Assembly (NCBI RefSeq): GCF_006345805.1
Contig: NC_043022.1
Location: 19,220,001 to 19,284,000, forward strand
Direction: 5' to 3'
DNA length: 64,000 nt
From: Octopus sinensis
Taxonomy: Eukaryota
The notes under the pieces were generated by a model. The model had not been told where the DNA came from. It searched no databases and saw only the letters and a list, made by a program, of their open reading frames with translations. Each line of letters opens with the position of its first letter. Positions within the stretch are counted from its first letter, which is position 1. A program made the position numbers and the translations under genes. Shown piece by piece: positions 13,745 through 26,124 of the stretch.

Positions 13745-14343
13745 TTGTGTGTCTGTGTTTGTCCCCCCAACATTGCTTGACAACCGATGGTGGTGTGTTT
13801 ACGTCCCCGCAACTTAGCGGTTCGGCAAAAGAGACCGGTAGAATAAGTACTAAGCTTTGAAAGAATAAGTCCTGGTTACAATTTACTCGACTAAAGATGT
13901 GTGCTCCAGCATGGACGCAGTCAAATGACTGAAACAAGTAAAAGAGTATAAGATAAGGTTTTAATTTAGACCATTTTTAAATAAAAAAGTTTGTATCACA
14001 GAACCAGCAGCTGTCTTGGGTAGGTTGGCATCAAAGTGTTGATGTGAAGCTTGGTTGTGGACGGGACTTTTAAAGGATTGGTTGGAAGGGTCAGGTGTAA
14101 CTGTGTGCATGTTTTTATTCTTGCTTACCTGGCAGAGGTGTGTTAATTTTCCTTCCATCTATTCAATCCGCATCAGGCAGTGAACCTTCGAAATTATGCA
14201 ACAGCAGCACCAAGTAATGTCTTTCATCATTGAGCAGTTTGATGTCAGCCCTTTCTTTTGTCTTTTGAGTATTTGTCGATCATGATGCTGTTGGCTTTGT
14301 AAGATTTTATGAGGGGTACATGAGTCAGATCCATACACTACGC

Positions 14344-14926
14344 CAGTGGTTTTTGACCAGGGTTCCGCCAGTACAGTCCAGGGGTTCCGCAAGAAGTTAC
14401 AAAACTGCTAAAATCGGCAGTAATTTTCAATTCTTCTGTGCAGATTTTTTTTTTTCTTTTACTTCTTTCAGTCATTTGACTGTGGCCATGCTGGAGCACC
14501 ACCTTTTGTCGAGCAAATCGACCCTGGGACTTATTCTTTGTAAGCCCAGTACTTATTCTATCGGTCTCTTTTGCCAAACCGCTAAGTGACGGGGACGTAA
14601 ACACACCAGCATCGGTTGTCAAGCAATGCTAGGGGGACAAACACAGACACACAAACACACACACACACACACACATATATATACATATATATACATATAT
14701 ACGACAGGCTTCTTTCAGTTTCCGTCTACCAAATCCACTCACAAGGCATTGGTCGGCCCGGGGCTATAGCAGAAGACACTTGCCCAAGATGCCACGCAGT
14801 GGGACTGAACCCGGAACCATGTGGTTGGTAAGCAAGCTACTTACCACACAGCCACTCCTATGCCTATGTGTGCCAGTGGAATGTTTCCTTGGGGTTCCGC
14901 TCCAGTAAAAAGTTTGAAAAGCACTG
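14344..14926 (+). mobile_element. Non-autonomous hAT (Charlie-like) MITE carrying an internal SINE-A
   Basis: Ends CAGTGGTTTTTGAC / TTTGAAAAGCACTG. 8-bp TSD CACTACGC/CACTACAC (7/8 match). Confidence 0.8.
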
Positions 14927-16509
14927 CACTACACAACCAAGCCATCTCCTTCGGTACCTGCTTGTATATTGGTAGTTCTTAATGTTTTTGACATTTTGCG
15001 TGCAGAAGATTAAAATGAAAAATTACTGGTTTTTTTAACACTTTTGATATCAACCCACCTGAGATCACTGCTAGTTCGGTGAAACAAATTTCCTGTTTAG
15101 ATTGATTTAAATTTAAACCTTCTATTAAAATTTTTAATTAATTTATGTTCGAAACACCAGCTTAATGTCAAAGTTATTTTAACTAAATTCTTTGCTATTT
15201 TCTAAGTTATTTGAAAGAGGAAATGTGTCAACAAATCAGAAGGAGAGATGTACATATATGTGTGTATATATGCGTGTGTGTGTGTATATATTACTCTTTT
15301 ACTTGTTTCAGTCATTTGACTGCGGCCATGCTGGAGCACCGCCTTTAGTCGAGCAAATCGACCCCGGGACTTATTCTTTGTAAGCCCAGTACTTATTCTA
15401 TCGGTCTCTTTTGCCGAACTGCTAAGTGACGGAGACGTAAACACACCAGCATCGGTTGCCAAGCAATGCTAGGGGGACAAACACACACACACACGCATAC
15501 ATATATATATACATATATACGACAGGCTTCTTTTCAGTTTCCGTCTACCAAATCCACTCACAAGGCATTGGTCGGCCCGGAGCTATAGCAGAAGACACTT
15601 GCCCAAGATTCCACGCAGTGGGAGTGAACCCGGAACCATGTAGTTGGTTAGCTAGCTACTTACCACACAGCCACTCCTATATATATATATATATATATAA
15701 ACACACACACACACACATTTATATATACATACATACATATATATATAAGTCTGTGTATTTCTACAGAAATATGATGAGGAAAAAGAGTCAAAGTGATATA
15801 AATTAAAACCTTCCATTACAGTTCCATGTTAAATTATGTTCCAGACACCGACTTAATAATTACAGCTATTTTACTAAATTTTTCATTATTTTGAAAATTA
15901 ATTGAAAGTCAGTGTATTTCGACAGAAATGGCAACAAAAGGGATAAAGGGATCGGAATAAAAACCTTCCATCACATTTCCATGTTAAGTTATGTTCCAAA
16001 CATCAACTTAATGATGATCTCTTTCTCTTTCTCTTTTATCTCTTTTACTTGTTTCAGTCATTTGACTGCGGCCATGCTGGAGCACCGCCTTTAATCAAGC
16101 AACTCGACCCCGGGACTTATTCTTTTGTAAGCCCAGTACTTATTCTATCGGTCTCTTTTGCCGAGCCGCTAAGTAACAGGGACGTAAACACACCAGCATC
16201 GGTTGTCAAGCAATGCTAGGGAGACAAACACACACACACAAACATACACACGCATATATATATATATACATATATACGACAGGCTTCTTTTCAGTTTCCG
16301 TCTACCAAATCCACTCACAAGGCTTTGGTCGGCCCGAGGCTATAGTAGAAGACACTTGCCTAAGGTGCCACGCAGTGGGACTGAACCTGGAAACATTTGG
16401 TTGGTAAACAAGGTACTTACCACACAGCCACTCCTGCACCTATGATAGTTTTTTTTTTCTAAATTTTTCATTATTTTCAAAATTAATTAAAATAAAGGGT
16501 CCCTCCTAC

Positions 16510-16960
16510 ATGCCGGTGGCGTGTAGGAGGCACCATTCGAGCGGCATCGTCACCAGCATCGCCTTACTGGCACCTGTGCCGTTGGCATGTGTAAAAAAAA
16601 AAAAATTTCGAGTAAAGTCGTTGCCAGTACTGCCTGACTGGCACCCGTGCTGGTGGCACGTACAGAGCACCCACTACACTCTCAGAGTGGTTGGCATTAG
16701 GAAGGGCATCCAGCTGTAGAAACTCTGCCAGATCAAGATTGGAGCCTGGTGCAGCCATCTGGTTCGCCAAACCTCAGTCAAAATCGTCCAACCCATGCTA
16801 GCATTAGGAAGGTCATCCAGCTGTAGAAACTCTGCCAGATCAAGATTGGAGCCTGGTTCAGCCATCTGGTTCGCCAGACCTCAGTCAAAATTGTCCAACC
16901 CATGCTAGCATGGAAAGCAGACGTTAAGCGATGATGATGATGATGATGATGATGATGATC
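16510..16960 (+). mobile_element. Retroposon family D with an RTE-type (GAT)n tail and an internal 107-bp duplication. Other copies at 24745-25050 and 59588-59703; degenerate at 22975-23085
   Basis: GCCGGTGGCACGTAAAAAGCACCC, GGTTGGCGTTAGGAAGGGCATCCAG, CATGGAAAGCGGACGTTAA followed by (GAT)n. Confidence 0.8.
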
Positions 16961-17370
16961 AACTTAATGATGGAAGTTTTTTTTCTAAATTTTTCATTAT
17001 TTTCAAAATTAATTAAAATAAAGGCAGCGTATTTCATTAGAAATATAGCAACAAAGTGGTTAAACTGATCTAAGAACTTCCCACCAAAATTTCATGTTAA
17101 TTTGTGTTCCAAATAGCAGTTTAATAACGACAAAGTTATTTTCCTGTGTTCTTCATTATATCCAAAATTAATCAAAACATAATATATTTCAGTAGAATAT
17201 GGTAACAACAGCGTAGTTTAAAGTGGTCTAATTTGAAACCTCCCAAGGAAAATTCCATTCTAATTTAGGTTCCAAGCACCAGCTTAATACCAAACAAAAT
17301 TATTTCCAAAATAATTGAAACGAAGGCCATGTATTTCATTTGATTAGGGTTGCAAAAGGGTTAAAAAACA
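16960..17370. mobile_element. AT-rich dispersed repeat family ending in AAAGGGTTAA (probable piggyBac-like MITE); other pieces at ~13965-14040, 15005-15200, 15795-15990, 52436-52590 and 57420-57755
   Basis: Recurrent motifs AAAACCTTCCATCAAAATTTCATGTTAA, TTCCAAACACCAGCTTAAT and TTTCAAAATTAATTGAAA in both orientations. Confidence 0.55.
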
Positions 17371-17504
17371 CATTTTATTGCTAAACACTTAGAAACATAA
17401 GCTATATATATATATAGGCATGGCTGTGTGGTAAGAAGCTTGTTTCCCAACCACGTGGTTCTGGGTTCCATCCCTCTGTGTGGAAACTTGGGCAAGTGTC
17501 TTCT

Positions 17505-17726
17505 TATTTCTTTACTGCCCACAAGGGGCTACACACAGAGGAGACAAACAAGGACAGACAAATGGATTAAGTTGAATTTATTGACCCCAGTGTGTAACTA
17601 GTACTTATTTAATTGACCCCGAAAGGATGAAAGGCAAAGTCGACCTCAGCATAATTTGAACTCAGAACGTAGTGGCAGACGAAATAGCACTAAGCATTTC
17701 ACCCGGCGTGCTAACGTTTCTGCCAG
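17505..17726 (-). mobile_element. SINE-B inserted in SINE-A with an ~18-bp TSD
   Basis: CTTGGGCAAGTGTCTTCT duplicated at 17487-17504 and 17727-17744. Confidence 0.9.
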
Positions 17727-17789
17727 CTTGGGCAAGTGTCTTCTACTATAGTCTCGGGTCAACCAAAGCCTTGTGAGTGGATTTGGTGT

Positions 17790-17821
<32 letters not shown>

Positions 17822-17825
17822 CAAT

Positions 17826-18035
17826 ATGTGACCTCGTGAGTACCGCTGCCGATTTTTTTTTTCCTCTGTCTTCCCTTCTCTGGATCTTTCCTTCTGCTAT
17901 GTTTCCGACAAAGAGCTCCGCTCAAAACGTTAAACCCTCCTTCTTCCCTTCTTTCCTGAGCGTCCAATAATACTTTATTTGTTCCACATCCTTGCGTTGT
18001 TGTGTTTTCTTGTTTGGATTAACTTTATATATATA
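17826..18035 (+). mobile_element. Penelope-like fragment P1, copy 2 (hammerhead core mutated)
   Basis: Clearly homologous by eye to 13470-13690. Core reads CCGACAA...AAAAC (G8 and G12 lost). Confidence 0.65.
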
Positions 18036-18339
18036 TATATAATCTTTATATTTATGTATGTGTGTCTGTGTTTGTCCTCTGTCATCTCTTGACAACTGAT
18101 GCTGGTGTGTTTATGTACCCGTAACTTAGCAGTTGGCCAAAGAGACCAATAGAATAAGTACTAGGCTTACAAAGAGTAAGCTTTGGGGTTGACTTGTTCG
18201 ACTAAAATCTTATAAGGTGGTGCTCCAGCATGGCCACAGTCAAATGACTGACATGTGTAAAAGAATAAAGGAATAAATTGTTTACCTGGTTTTATTTGTC
18301 ATAAAAGTGCATAACAAAATTAAGAATAATATTCTCCAA

Positions 18340-18755
18340 TGCGCAGGAGTGCTGTGTGGTAAGTAGCTTGCTTACCAACCACATGGTTACGGGTTCAGTC
18401 CCACTGCGTGGCACCTTGGGCAAGTGTCTTCTGCTATAGCCTCGGGCCGACCAAAGCCTTGTGAGTGGATTTGGTTGACGGAAACTGAAAGAAGCCCGTC
18501 ATATATATGCATATATATATGTGTGCGTGTATGTTTGTGTGTCTGTGTTTGTCCCCCGAGCATTGCTTGACAACCGATGCTGGTGTGTTTACATCCCTGT
18601 CACTTAGCGGTTCGGCAAAATAGACCGATAGAATAAGTACTAGGCTTACAAAGAATAAGTCCCGGGGTCGATTTGCTCGACTAAAGGCGGTGCTCCAGCA
18701 TGGCCGCAGTCAAATGACTGAAACAAGTAAAAGAATAAAAGAGTAAAGAGTAAGA
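18340..18755 (+). mobile_element. SINE-A, representative full-length copy (tRNA-like head, CORE-like segment, internal (TA)n/(TG)n, CR1-derived tail). About 25 copies: ~4606-4965(-), 5193-5590, 6100-6520, 7955-8340(-), 13285-13950, 14450-14866(-), 15290-15680(-), 16030-16442(-), 17416-18270, 19250-19880, 20712-21130, 22555-22700, 29441-29860, 30730-31140, 33970-34378, 35700-36070, 38621-39032, 43583-43995, 44926-45325, 46015-46170, 52755-53163(-), 55560-55968(-), 57985-58415, 63045-63545(-)
   Basis: A box TGGCTGTGTGG, B-box-like GGTTCAGTCCC, CORE-like ACCTTGGGCAAGT and (GTAAAAGA)n tail. Copies are highly similar. May correspond to one of the described octopus tRNA-derived SINEs (OK/OR1/OR2); not verified. 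Confidence 0.9.
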
Positions 18756-19060
18756 TCTCCAAGAATCAATTATTAATTTTCTGTAGCCCAATTAAAAAAG
18801 CGATTTGTGGTGAGGTCTTGATACCCCAGTGGATTCAACATTGCTGGTTTTGCTTTTTCTGAGTGTATAATGTGATCTTGTCAGGTGAAAGGAATGATGA
18901 TTCGGAAATTCTAGGTTTGATGAATGTCTGCAGTCCGTATCTCCCATCCAAACAGGAGAGTAAAAGAAACACATTTATTTACACACACACACAAACACAT
19001 AATTGTATTCACATGCATTTACTGACATACACATGTATACACATTTATATATATATATGT

Positions 19061-19248
19061 ATTAGGTTGTCCAGAAAGTTCTGAGCATTTTTTAATATGC
19101 CAAACAGGATATAAATAATTGACCTTTCAATAAATTTTATGCAATGAAGTAATTTCCATTATTATTAATGACCTTTGCCCATCTATCAGGCAATTTAAAT
19201 ATTCCATCAGCATAAAATCTGACTGGTTTTGAAGAAGATAAGTTATCT
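19061..19248 (-). mobile_element. mariner transposon 3' fragment
   Basis: FYADGIFKLPDRWAKVINNNGNYF* is the mariner transposase C-terminal motif. TA followed by a TTAGGTTG.. terminal repeat at 19061. Confidence 0.75.
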
Positions 19249-19979
19249 AGGTGTAGGAGTGGCTGTGTGGTAAGTAGCTTTCTTATGAACCACATGGTTC
19301 TAGGTTCAGACCCATTGCATGACACCTTGGGCAAGTGTCTTCTACTATAGCCTCGGGCCGACCAAAGCCTTGTGAGTGGATTTGGTAGACGGAAACGCAA
19401 AGAAGCCCGTCGTATATATGTATATATATATGTGTGTGCTGGCAGAAACGTTAGCACGCCGGGCGAAATGCGTAGCCATATTTCGTCTGCCGTTACGTTC
19501 TGAGTTCAAATTCCGCCGAGGTTGACTTTGCCTTTCATCCTTCCGGGGTTGATAAATTAAGTACCAGTTACACACTAGGGTCGATGTAATCGACTTAATC
19601 CCTTTGTCTGTCCTTGTTTGTCTCCTCTGTGTTTAGCCCCTTGTGGGTAGTAAAGAAATATATATATATGTGTGTGTGTTTTGTGTCTATGTTTGTACCT
19701 CCAACATCGATTGACAACCGATGCTGGTGTGTTTACGTCCCCGTAACTTAGCGGTTCGGCAAAAGAGACCGGTAGAATAAGTACTAGGCTTACAAAGAAT
19801 AAGTCCTGGGGTCGATTTGCCTGACTAAAGGTGGTGCTCCAGCATGGCCACAGTCAAATGACTGAAACGAGCAAAAGAGTAAAGAGTAAAGAGAGCATAC
19901 ACACATGCATGTATGCTCACACAATCACACATACATATACACACATATGCACGTATTCACTCACATACATATGCACACA

Positions 19980-20150
19980 TCCAACTTCACGGCAGGAGGT
20001 GCAGATGAGGGCAGCTGCATCAAACTCTCTCATGCACCAGATGGCATTTGCTAAAAAGCATTCGTGAAGTAAAATCATGTAGCAACACCAGATGGCGGTG
20101 CCCCAGCATGGCCACAGTTTGTGAGCTGAAACTAAATAAATAAAAAAAAA
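19980..20150 (+). mobile_element. Short 3' fragment of the same CR1-like family
   Basis: Near-identical to 45484-45660 (EVQMRAAASNSLMHQMA..KKHS*, 3'UTR and tail). Confidence 0.85.
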
Positions 20151-21479
20151 GATTGATTTGTTCTACTAAATCCTTGAAGGTGGTGTTCTAGTGCCCCAGA
20201 TTGGCAGCAGTCCAACGTCTGAAACAAGTAAGAGATAAAAGGTAAATGATAAGACATACACACCAGTCCAGCCATGCCTCCCACCTCCTCCTAAACGTAC
20301 ATTACTGACTTTATAATGAGTGGCAGCGAAGTGTATGAATCAAAGAACGAGGGTCATTTGCAGTGACCTAAATTAAACTGCTAGAAACAACAGACAAACT
20401 TCTCAGATCTCACCACTCACTTTCCCGTGTTTAAAAAGAAAAGGACACATTGAACGACAAAGTCCTGGCTTGCTTGCGTGCGTGGACATGTAGGGATGGC
20501 CATGGTTGGGATTCCTGTGAATGTGTGTCCTTTCTCCTAATAGTTGGCAACCTGGGGTTAAAACACAGCAATAATGTCATCATGCATACACACATGCATG
20601 TATGCTTACACAATCACACATACATATACACACATATGCACGTATTCACTCACACACATATGCACACATCTACTATAAATATATATATATATATGCGTGT
20701 GTTTGTGTATATATGCGCAGGAGTGGCTGTGTGGTAAGTAGCTTGCTAACCAACCACATGGTTCCAGATTCAGTCCACTGCGTGGCATCTTGGGCAAGTG
20801 TCTTCTGCTATAGCCCCGGGCCGACCAATGCCTTGTGAGTGGATTTGGTAGATGGAAACTAAAAGAAGCCCGTCGTATATATGTATATATATATATATAT
20901 ATGTGCGTGTGTGTGTATATGTTTGTGTGTCTGTGTTTGTCTCCCTAGCATTGCTTGACAACCGATGCTGGTGTGTTTATGTCCCCGTTACTTAGCAGTT
21001 CGGCAAAAGAGGCCGATAGAATAAGTACTGGGCTTACAAAAGAATAAGTCCCGGGGTCAAGTTGCTCAACTAAAGGCGGTGCTCCAGCATGGCCGCGGTC
21101 AAATGACTGAAACAAGTAAAAGAGTAAAAGAGATACACACACACACAACCACACACATACACACAAACATACATTCTCTCACACACACACACACACACAT
21201 TCACACACTGCCCTATCATCTTTGGCAACTGTCTCTAATCAACCACGTCCAGTTACACTCCTCTCACCACCACCACAACCACCACCACCACCACTACCAC
21301 CAGCACCAATTACACGTTGACCTTAGACAAGACTCTTCACTCTGTAATTTACCATTGGACCACTGCCAACATGCTGCTCTCTTGCCAGAGACTGCCGGAT
21401 TCTCTGGGAGCGGGGTGGGTGGAATGGCAACCGAGTGGAAACACCTGCCTTTTAACTAAACAAACACTAATGGTTTGTA

Positions 21480-21915
21480 AGACTGGTGGTGGTGGTGGTG
21501 GTGGTGGTGGTGGTAGTGGTAGTGGTAATAGTAGTTATTGTGGTGGTAGATGTGAGGATGACAGTGATGTGGTGGTATGATGGTAGTGGTGATGTTTGTT
21601 ATGTTTATGATGGCATTATTATTGGTGGTGGTGGTAGTGATTGTGGTAGTGGTGGTCATGGTGATAATGTTTGATGATTATAATGGTGGTCATAATAGTG
21701 GTTATGATGATGGTTGTGATGGCCTTGGAGGTGGTAGTAGTGTTGATGTCATAGATGTTGTTGTAGTGGTGGTGGTGGTAGTGGTGATTACGGTAGTGTT
21801 TGTGGTGATGATGGTGATTGTCATGGTGATGGTGGTGGATGTAGTTTTGTGGTGTTGGTGGTTGTTGTATTGTGGTAGTGATGGTGTTGGTGACAGTATT
21901 ATTAGTGATGGTAAG
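21480..21915. repeat. (GGT)n/(GAT)n trinucleotide tract
   Basis: Direct reading. Confidence 0.9.
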
Positions 21916-22500
21916 GTGGCCAGCTGGCAGAAATGCTTAGCGGTATTGTTTCTGTCTTTACGTTTTGAGTTCAAATTCCACCGAGGTCGACTTTGCCTTT
22001 CTTACTTTTGGGGGTCGATAAATTAAGTACCAGTTGCATACTGGTGTCGATCTAATCAGCTGGTCCCCTCCCCCAAAATATTGATTCTTGTGCCTAGAGT
22101 AGAAAAGAGTATTATTGGTGGTGGTAGTGGTGGTGGTGGTGGTGGTGGCAGTATTGAGGTTGTGCAGTGGTGATGTTGATGATTGTGGTGGTGACTGTTA
22201 TTTCCCCACCCTTTGAGTGCCATGCATGAAACTTTCAGCCTTTGAATCACTTTTGTAACTTTCTGCTGATTAAATATAATGTAATATAATATTCATACGT
22301 ACATACATACATACATACATTTGTACATACACACACATGCACGCACACACACACACACATACACATAAAATATTTATCTATAACGAGTTGAAAAATACAA
22401 ATAAAGACAAACACGTTTATATATATGCATTTATATATACATGTGTATATTCATAAATTTATATATGTACATGTGTGTGTATATTGTTATATATGTATGT

Positions 22501-22553
<53 letters not shown>

Positions 22554-22770
22554 CATAGGTGCAGGAGTGGCTGTGTGGTAAGTAGCTTGCTACCAAACAC
22601 ATGGTTCCGGGTTCAGTCCCACTGCATTGCAACTAGGGCAAGTGTCTTCTACTATAGCCTCGGGCCGACCAAAGCCTTGTGAGTGGATTTGGTAGACCCT
22701 TTATTATAATTAATATATATATATAATATGAATGTGTGTAGTTATATATAGATACATAAATGCATGTATA

Positions 22771-22810
<40 letters not shown>

Positions 22811-23192
22811 TGTAAGTATATATATGTGTGTGTGTTTGTGTGTAATCTTCTCTTGATGTTATATGATGGTTGATATGAATGTCATAGTCGTGCGTCATCA
22901 TTGTTTCCAGTCTTACATGGAAAACGTATCAACATATCCAGCCATGGGGGAAATATCACCTTCCTTGGAAATAGGTGGAAGGGCATCATCTGGCTACTGG
23001 AAAAATCTGTCTCAATGAATTCTGTCTTACATGTGCAATCATGGAAAGGTAGACGACATCAAATAATGATGACGACGACCTCCAATCCTAACCCAAACAA
23101 ACTCTAACTACCATCGCTAATGCACTCCTCCCTCTTTCACCATCTTCCTTCCACTCATTCATTCTCTTCTCTCCTCTTCTTTTTCATTGCAG

Positions 23193-23279
23193 ACTAGAAT
23201 CTCTGATGGGTCTTGACCGAAGTCACATTGAAGATGAGGCATTACGGCATGCTTCATGGTACCAGGCCGGTATTCCAAG
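23193..23279 (+). CDS. SH2 adaptor gene (EGFRAP/tensin-SH2-like), internal exon containing the SH2 betaA tryptophan
   Basis: Polypyrimidine tract plus ttcattgcAG acceptor and AG|GTAAAC donor; phase 2-2. Reads LESLMGLDRSHIEDEALRHASWYQAGIP(R). The terminal AG joins the A of exon 25909 to give WYQAGIPREIALEIL, a typical SH2 start. Confidence 0.9.
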
Positions 23280-23414
23280 GTAAACAGGCTACATGTTAGA
23301 ACTGTCCTTTGTCCATTCTGTTTCTCTGATTGCCTACATGCAGGCAAGGCTTGCATGCATGCCATACATACATACATCCGACCATTCATACATACATACA
23401 TACGTACAAACAAT

Positions 23415-23980
23415 AACTCTGAGCACCTTTTCAAACTCCACCCGTCTAACACCCGTGGACATATTTACAAAGTCAGAAAACAGCACAGCTCCCATGACTT
23501 TAGGAAACATTTTTTCATGCTGAGAGTTGCTGAAGCATGGAACAAACTTCTGGCATCATTTGTTAGTTGTCGGAGCACTGCATCCTTCCTCAAAGGTAGA
23601 ATTTAAATAATTAAAAACAAGAAACTCTGAGTACCTTTTCAAACTCCACCCATCTAATACCCATGGACATATTTACAAAGTCAGAAAACAGCACAGCTCC
23701 CATGACTTTAGGAAACATTTTTTCACACTGAGAGTTGCTGGAGCATGGAACAAACTGCCGGCATCAGTTGTTAGTTGTCGGAGCACTGCATCCTTCAAAA
23801 CTTCCATGCTTTCTGAGATTCGCCAATACTACACCTGATTTCCTCTCCTCCATACACACACAAGCATGTATCTGACTCATACATTGTTCGCTTTCCAGAC
23901 ATTTGTACATTACTGCATATGCTTTATATGCACTGTCTGACAAGTTGTGGTGCACCTGAGCACTGTATACAATAATTTCA

Positions 23981-24010
<30 letters not shown>
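23415..24010 (+). mobile_element. Second CR1 family 3' end with an internal ~207-bp direct duplication and (ATT)n tail
   Basis: LFKLHPSNTRGHIYKVRKQHSSHDFRKHFFMLRVAEAWNKL is a CR1 RT C-terminal motif. AACTCTGAG(C/T)ACCTTTTCAAACTCCACC occurs at 23416 and 23623. Confidence 0.85.
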
Positions 24011-24011
<1 letters not shown>

Positions 24012-24022
24012 ACATACATACA

Positions 24023-24055
<33 letters not shown>

Positions 24056-25274
24056 GCATGTATACATACATATATGCATGTATGTGTGTATGTAAGACGT
24101 CCTGGTTTGTGGAATTAACTTCTGAACCTCGCAGTCATGCCTGCTCCTATATTCATACCTGTGTGTGTATACATGCACACACACACACACACAATCTCTC
24201 TCTCTCTCTCACACACACACACAAACACACACGCATATTATTTCTTTATTGCCCACAGGGGTGGGGGCTAAATACAGAGGGAAAAATCCAGGACAGACTA
24301 AGGGATTAAGTCGATTGCATCGACTCCAGTGCGTAACTGGTACTTATCTAATTAACCCTGCAAGGATGAAAGGCAAAGTCAACCTTGGTGGAATTTGAAC
24401 TCAGAACATAACAGCAGACAAAATACTGCTAAGTATTTCGCTCAGCATGCTAACAATTCTGCCAGCTCACCGACCTACACATACACATGTTATGGAAGAA
24501 ACAACAAAATACACAGCATTAACAAGAGGCTCATGTTTTGGTATTGAGAATTAATGGATGGACATGACAGTACTTTGAACAGGGGTTGGCAAACTGGGAT
24601 AAATTACCCCAGGTGGGGATAGAATGAAATTCTTGTGTGTAATGAGGACTCATTAGACATAAAATCAATTATATAAAACATGATCCTTGTTATGACAGAA
24701 ATTTTCTCTTCTGGCAACACTGCATCTGTCCAATGTAATGACGTGTGCTTGTGGCATGTGAAATATTCGAGTGAGGTCGTCGCCAGTGCCGCTGGACTGG
24801 CTCCTGTGCATGTGACATGTAAAAAGTACCATTTGGGCGTGGCCATTACCAGTACCACCAAACTAGCCCTTGTGCCGGTGGCATGTAAAGGCACCCACTA
24901 CACTCTCGGAGTGGTTGGCGTTAGGAAGGGCATCCAGCTGTAGAAACTCTGCCAGGTCAGATTGGAGTCTGATTCGCCAGACCTCAGTCAAATCGTCCAA
25001 CCCATGCCAGCATGGAAAGCGGACCTTAAATGATGATGAGGATGAGATTCAATAAACCTTTTGAATTCAAAGAATCCATGATTATATTCCTTTCAAATCA
25101 AGGGGTTAATGCTGGGGTAAATAAATATATTTTGGGGCAGTTGGTTAAAAAAGTTCTCCAGTTCCTGACTTGGAATATTTGAAAAATATTTAGGAAATAT
25201 ATAGAAACACATTTATGTTATAAACCTTAGAATTCATGTGATGAAAAGTGTGTGTGTATATATATATATATATA

Positions 25275-25460
25275 TAGGGAGAGTTTATGAGAAAAACAAA
25301 AGACGAAGACAGGTGGTGTACAAAACAAACAGATGTATTAGTATAATGCTCTGGAATAGAAAAAGTCGTTTACACTTCGAGCCTACGCTCTTCTACAGAA
25401 AGGGACACAGAAAAAACAAGGAGAGAAAAAATGTGTGCAGTGGCTAACGATCTATCATGT
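25275..25460 (-). mobile_element. Penelope-like fragment (family P2) with a hammerhead-like motif
   Basis: Reverse complement CTTT-CTGTAGA-A-GAGC-GTAG-GCTC-GAAGT-GTA-AAC. Homologous copies at 4537-5095 (split by SINE-A) and 27455-27580. Confidence 0.6.
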
Positions 25461-25463
25461 ATA

Positions 25464-25501
<38 letters not shown>

Positions 25502-25615
25502 CTTTATTTAAAGCAGCAGAAAATTCAACAAAACCTGTTACTCTGAGTTTCACGAACGGCAACGTGAAACTCGGAGTAACAGGTTTTGTTGAATTTTCTG
25601 CTGCTTTAAATAAAG
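25502..25615. repeat. 53-bp inverted repeat (1 mismatch) with an 8-nt spacer
   Basis: 25502-25554 versus 25563-25615. Confidence 0.95.
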
Positions 25616-25908
25616 CATATTACTCTGCCACTGGTATTTGAGTACTCTTTTTTCCACCTTGTTTCACATTTATGTGTTTACTCCAATATATTTATTTATA
25701 TGCAAAATAAAAACACAAACTGAGTGGGTTGCTATTAGTAAATGCAAAAATTAAGAATAAAATATAGATTTTATATATAAACAAGCCCACACACATTTAA
25801 ATAACCCTTTTTTTTGGTGCAAGGGGAATAACTCTTGGCTTATGTTTAATGTTCACTGACGATGTGTTACAAATTATATATGCAGTTTTTTTTTTTCTCC
25901 CTCCACAG

Positions 25909-26080
25909 AGAAATTGCTCTGGAGATCTTACAACAAGAAGAAGTTGGCTCTTTCATTGTACGAGACAGCACCACCCACCCAGGATGTTATGCCTTATCGG
26001 TTAAGGTGCCGAAATATGAAAATCTGTCGGGCATTTCCCATTATCTTATCCTTAAAACACATCGCGGGGTTAAGTTAAAG
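25909..26080 (+). CDS. SH2 adaptor gene, SH2 core exon
   Basis: tttttctccctccacAG acceptor and AAG|GTAAGT donor; phase 2-0. Reads EIALEILQQEEVGSFIVRDSTTHPGCYALSVKVPKYENLSGISHYLILKTHRGVKLK. GSFIVRDS is the SH2 FLVRES signature with the phosphotyrosine-binding Arg. Confidence 0.95.
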
Positions 26081-26124
26081 GTAAGTAAAGTATAATTCTG
26101 CCAAATAAACTTTGTGCCTCTTAA

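Noticed and set aside
13266-13937. 223-aa ORF, and the recurrent RRHLPKVPRSGTEPGT / FQSFDCGHAGAPP peptides elsewhere
   Set aside because: Translations of the SINE-A consensus, repeated at every copy.
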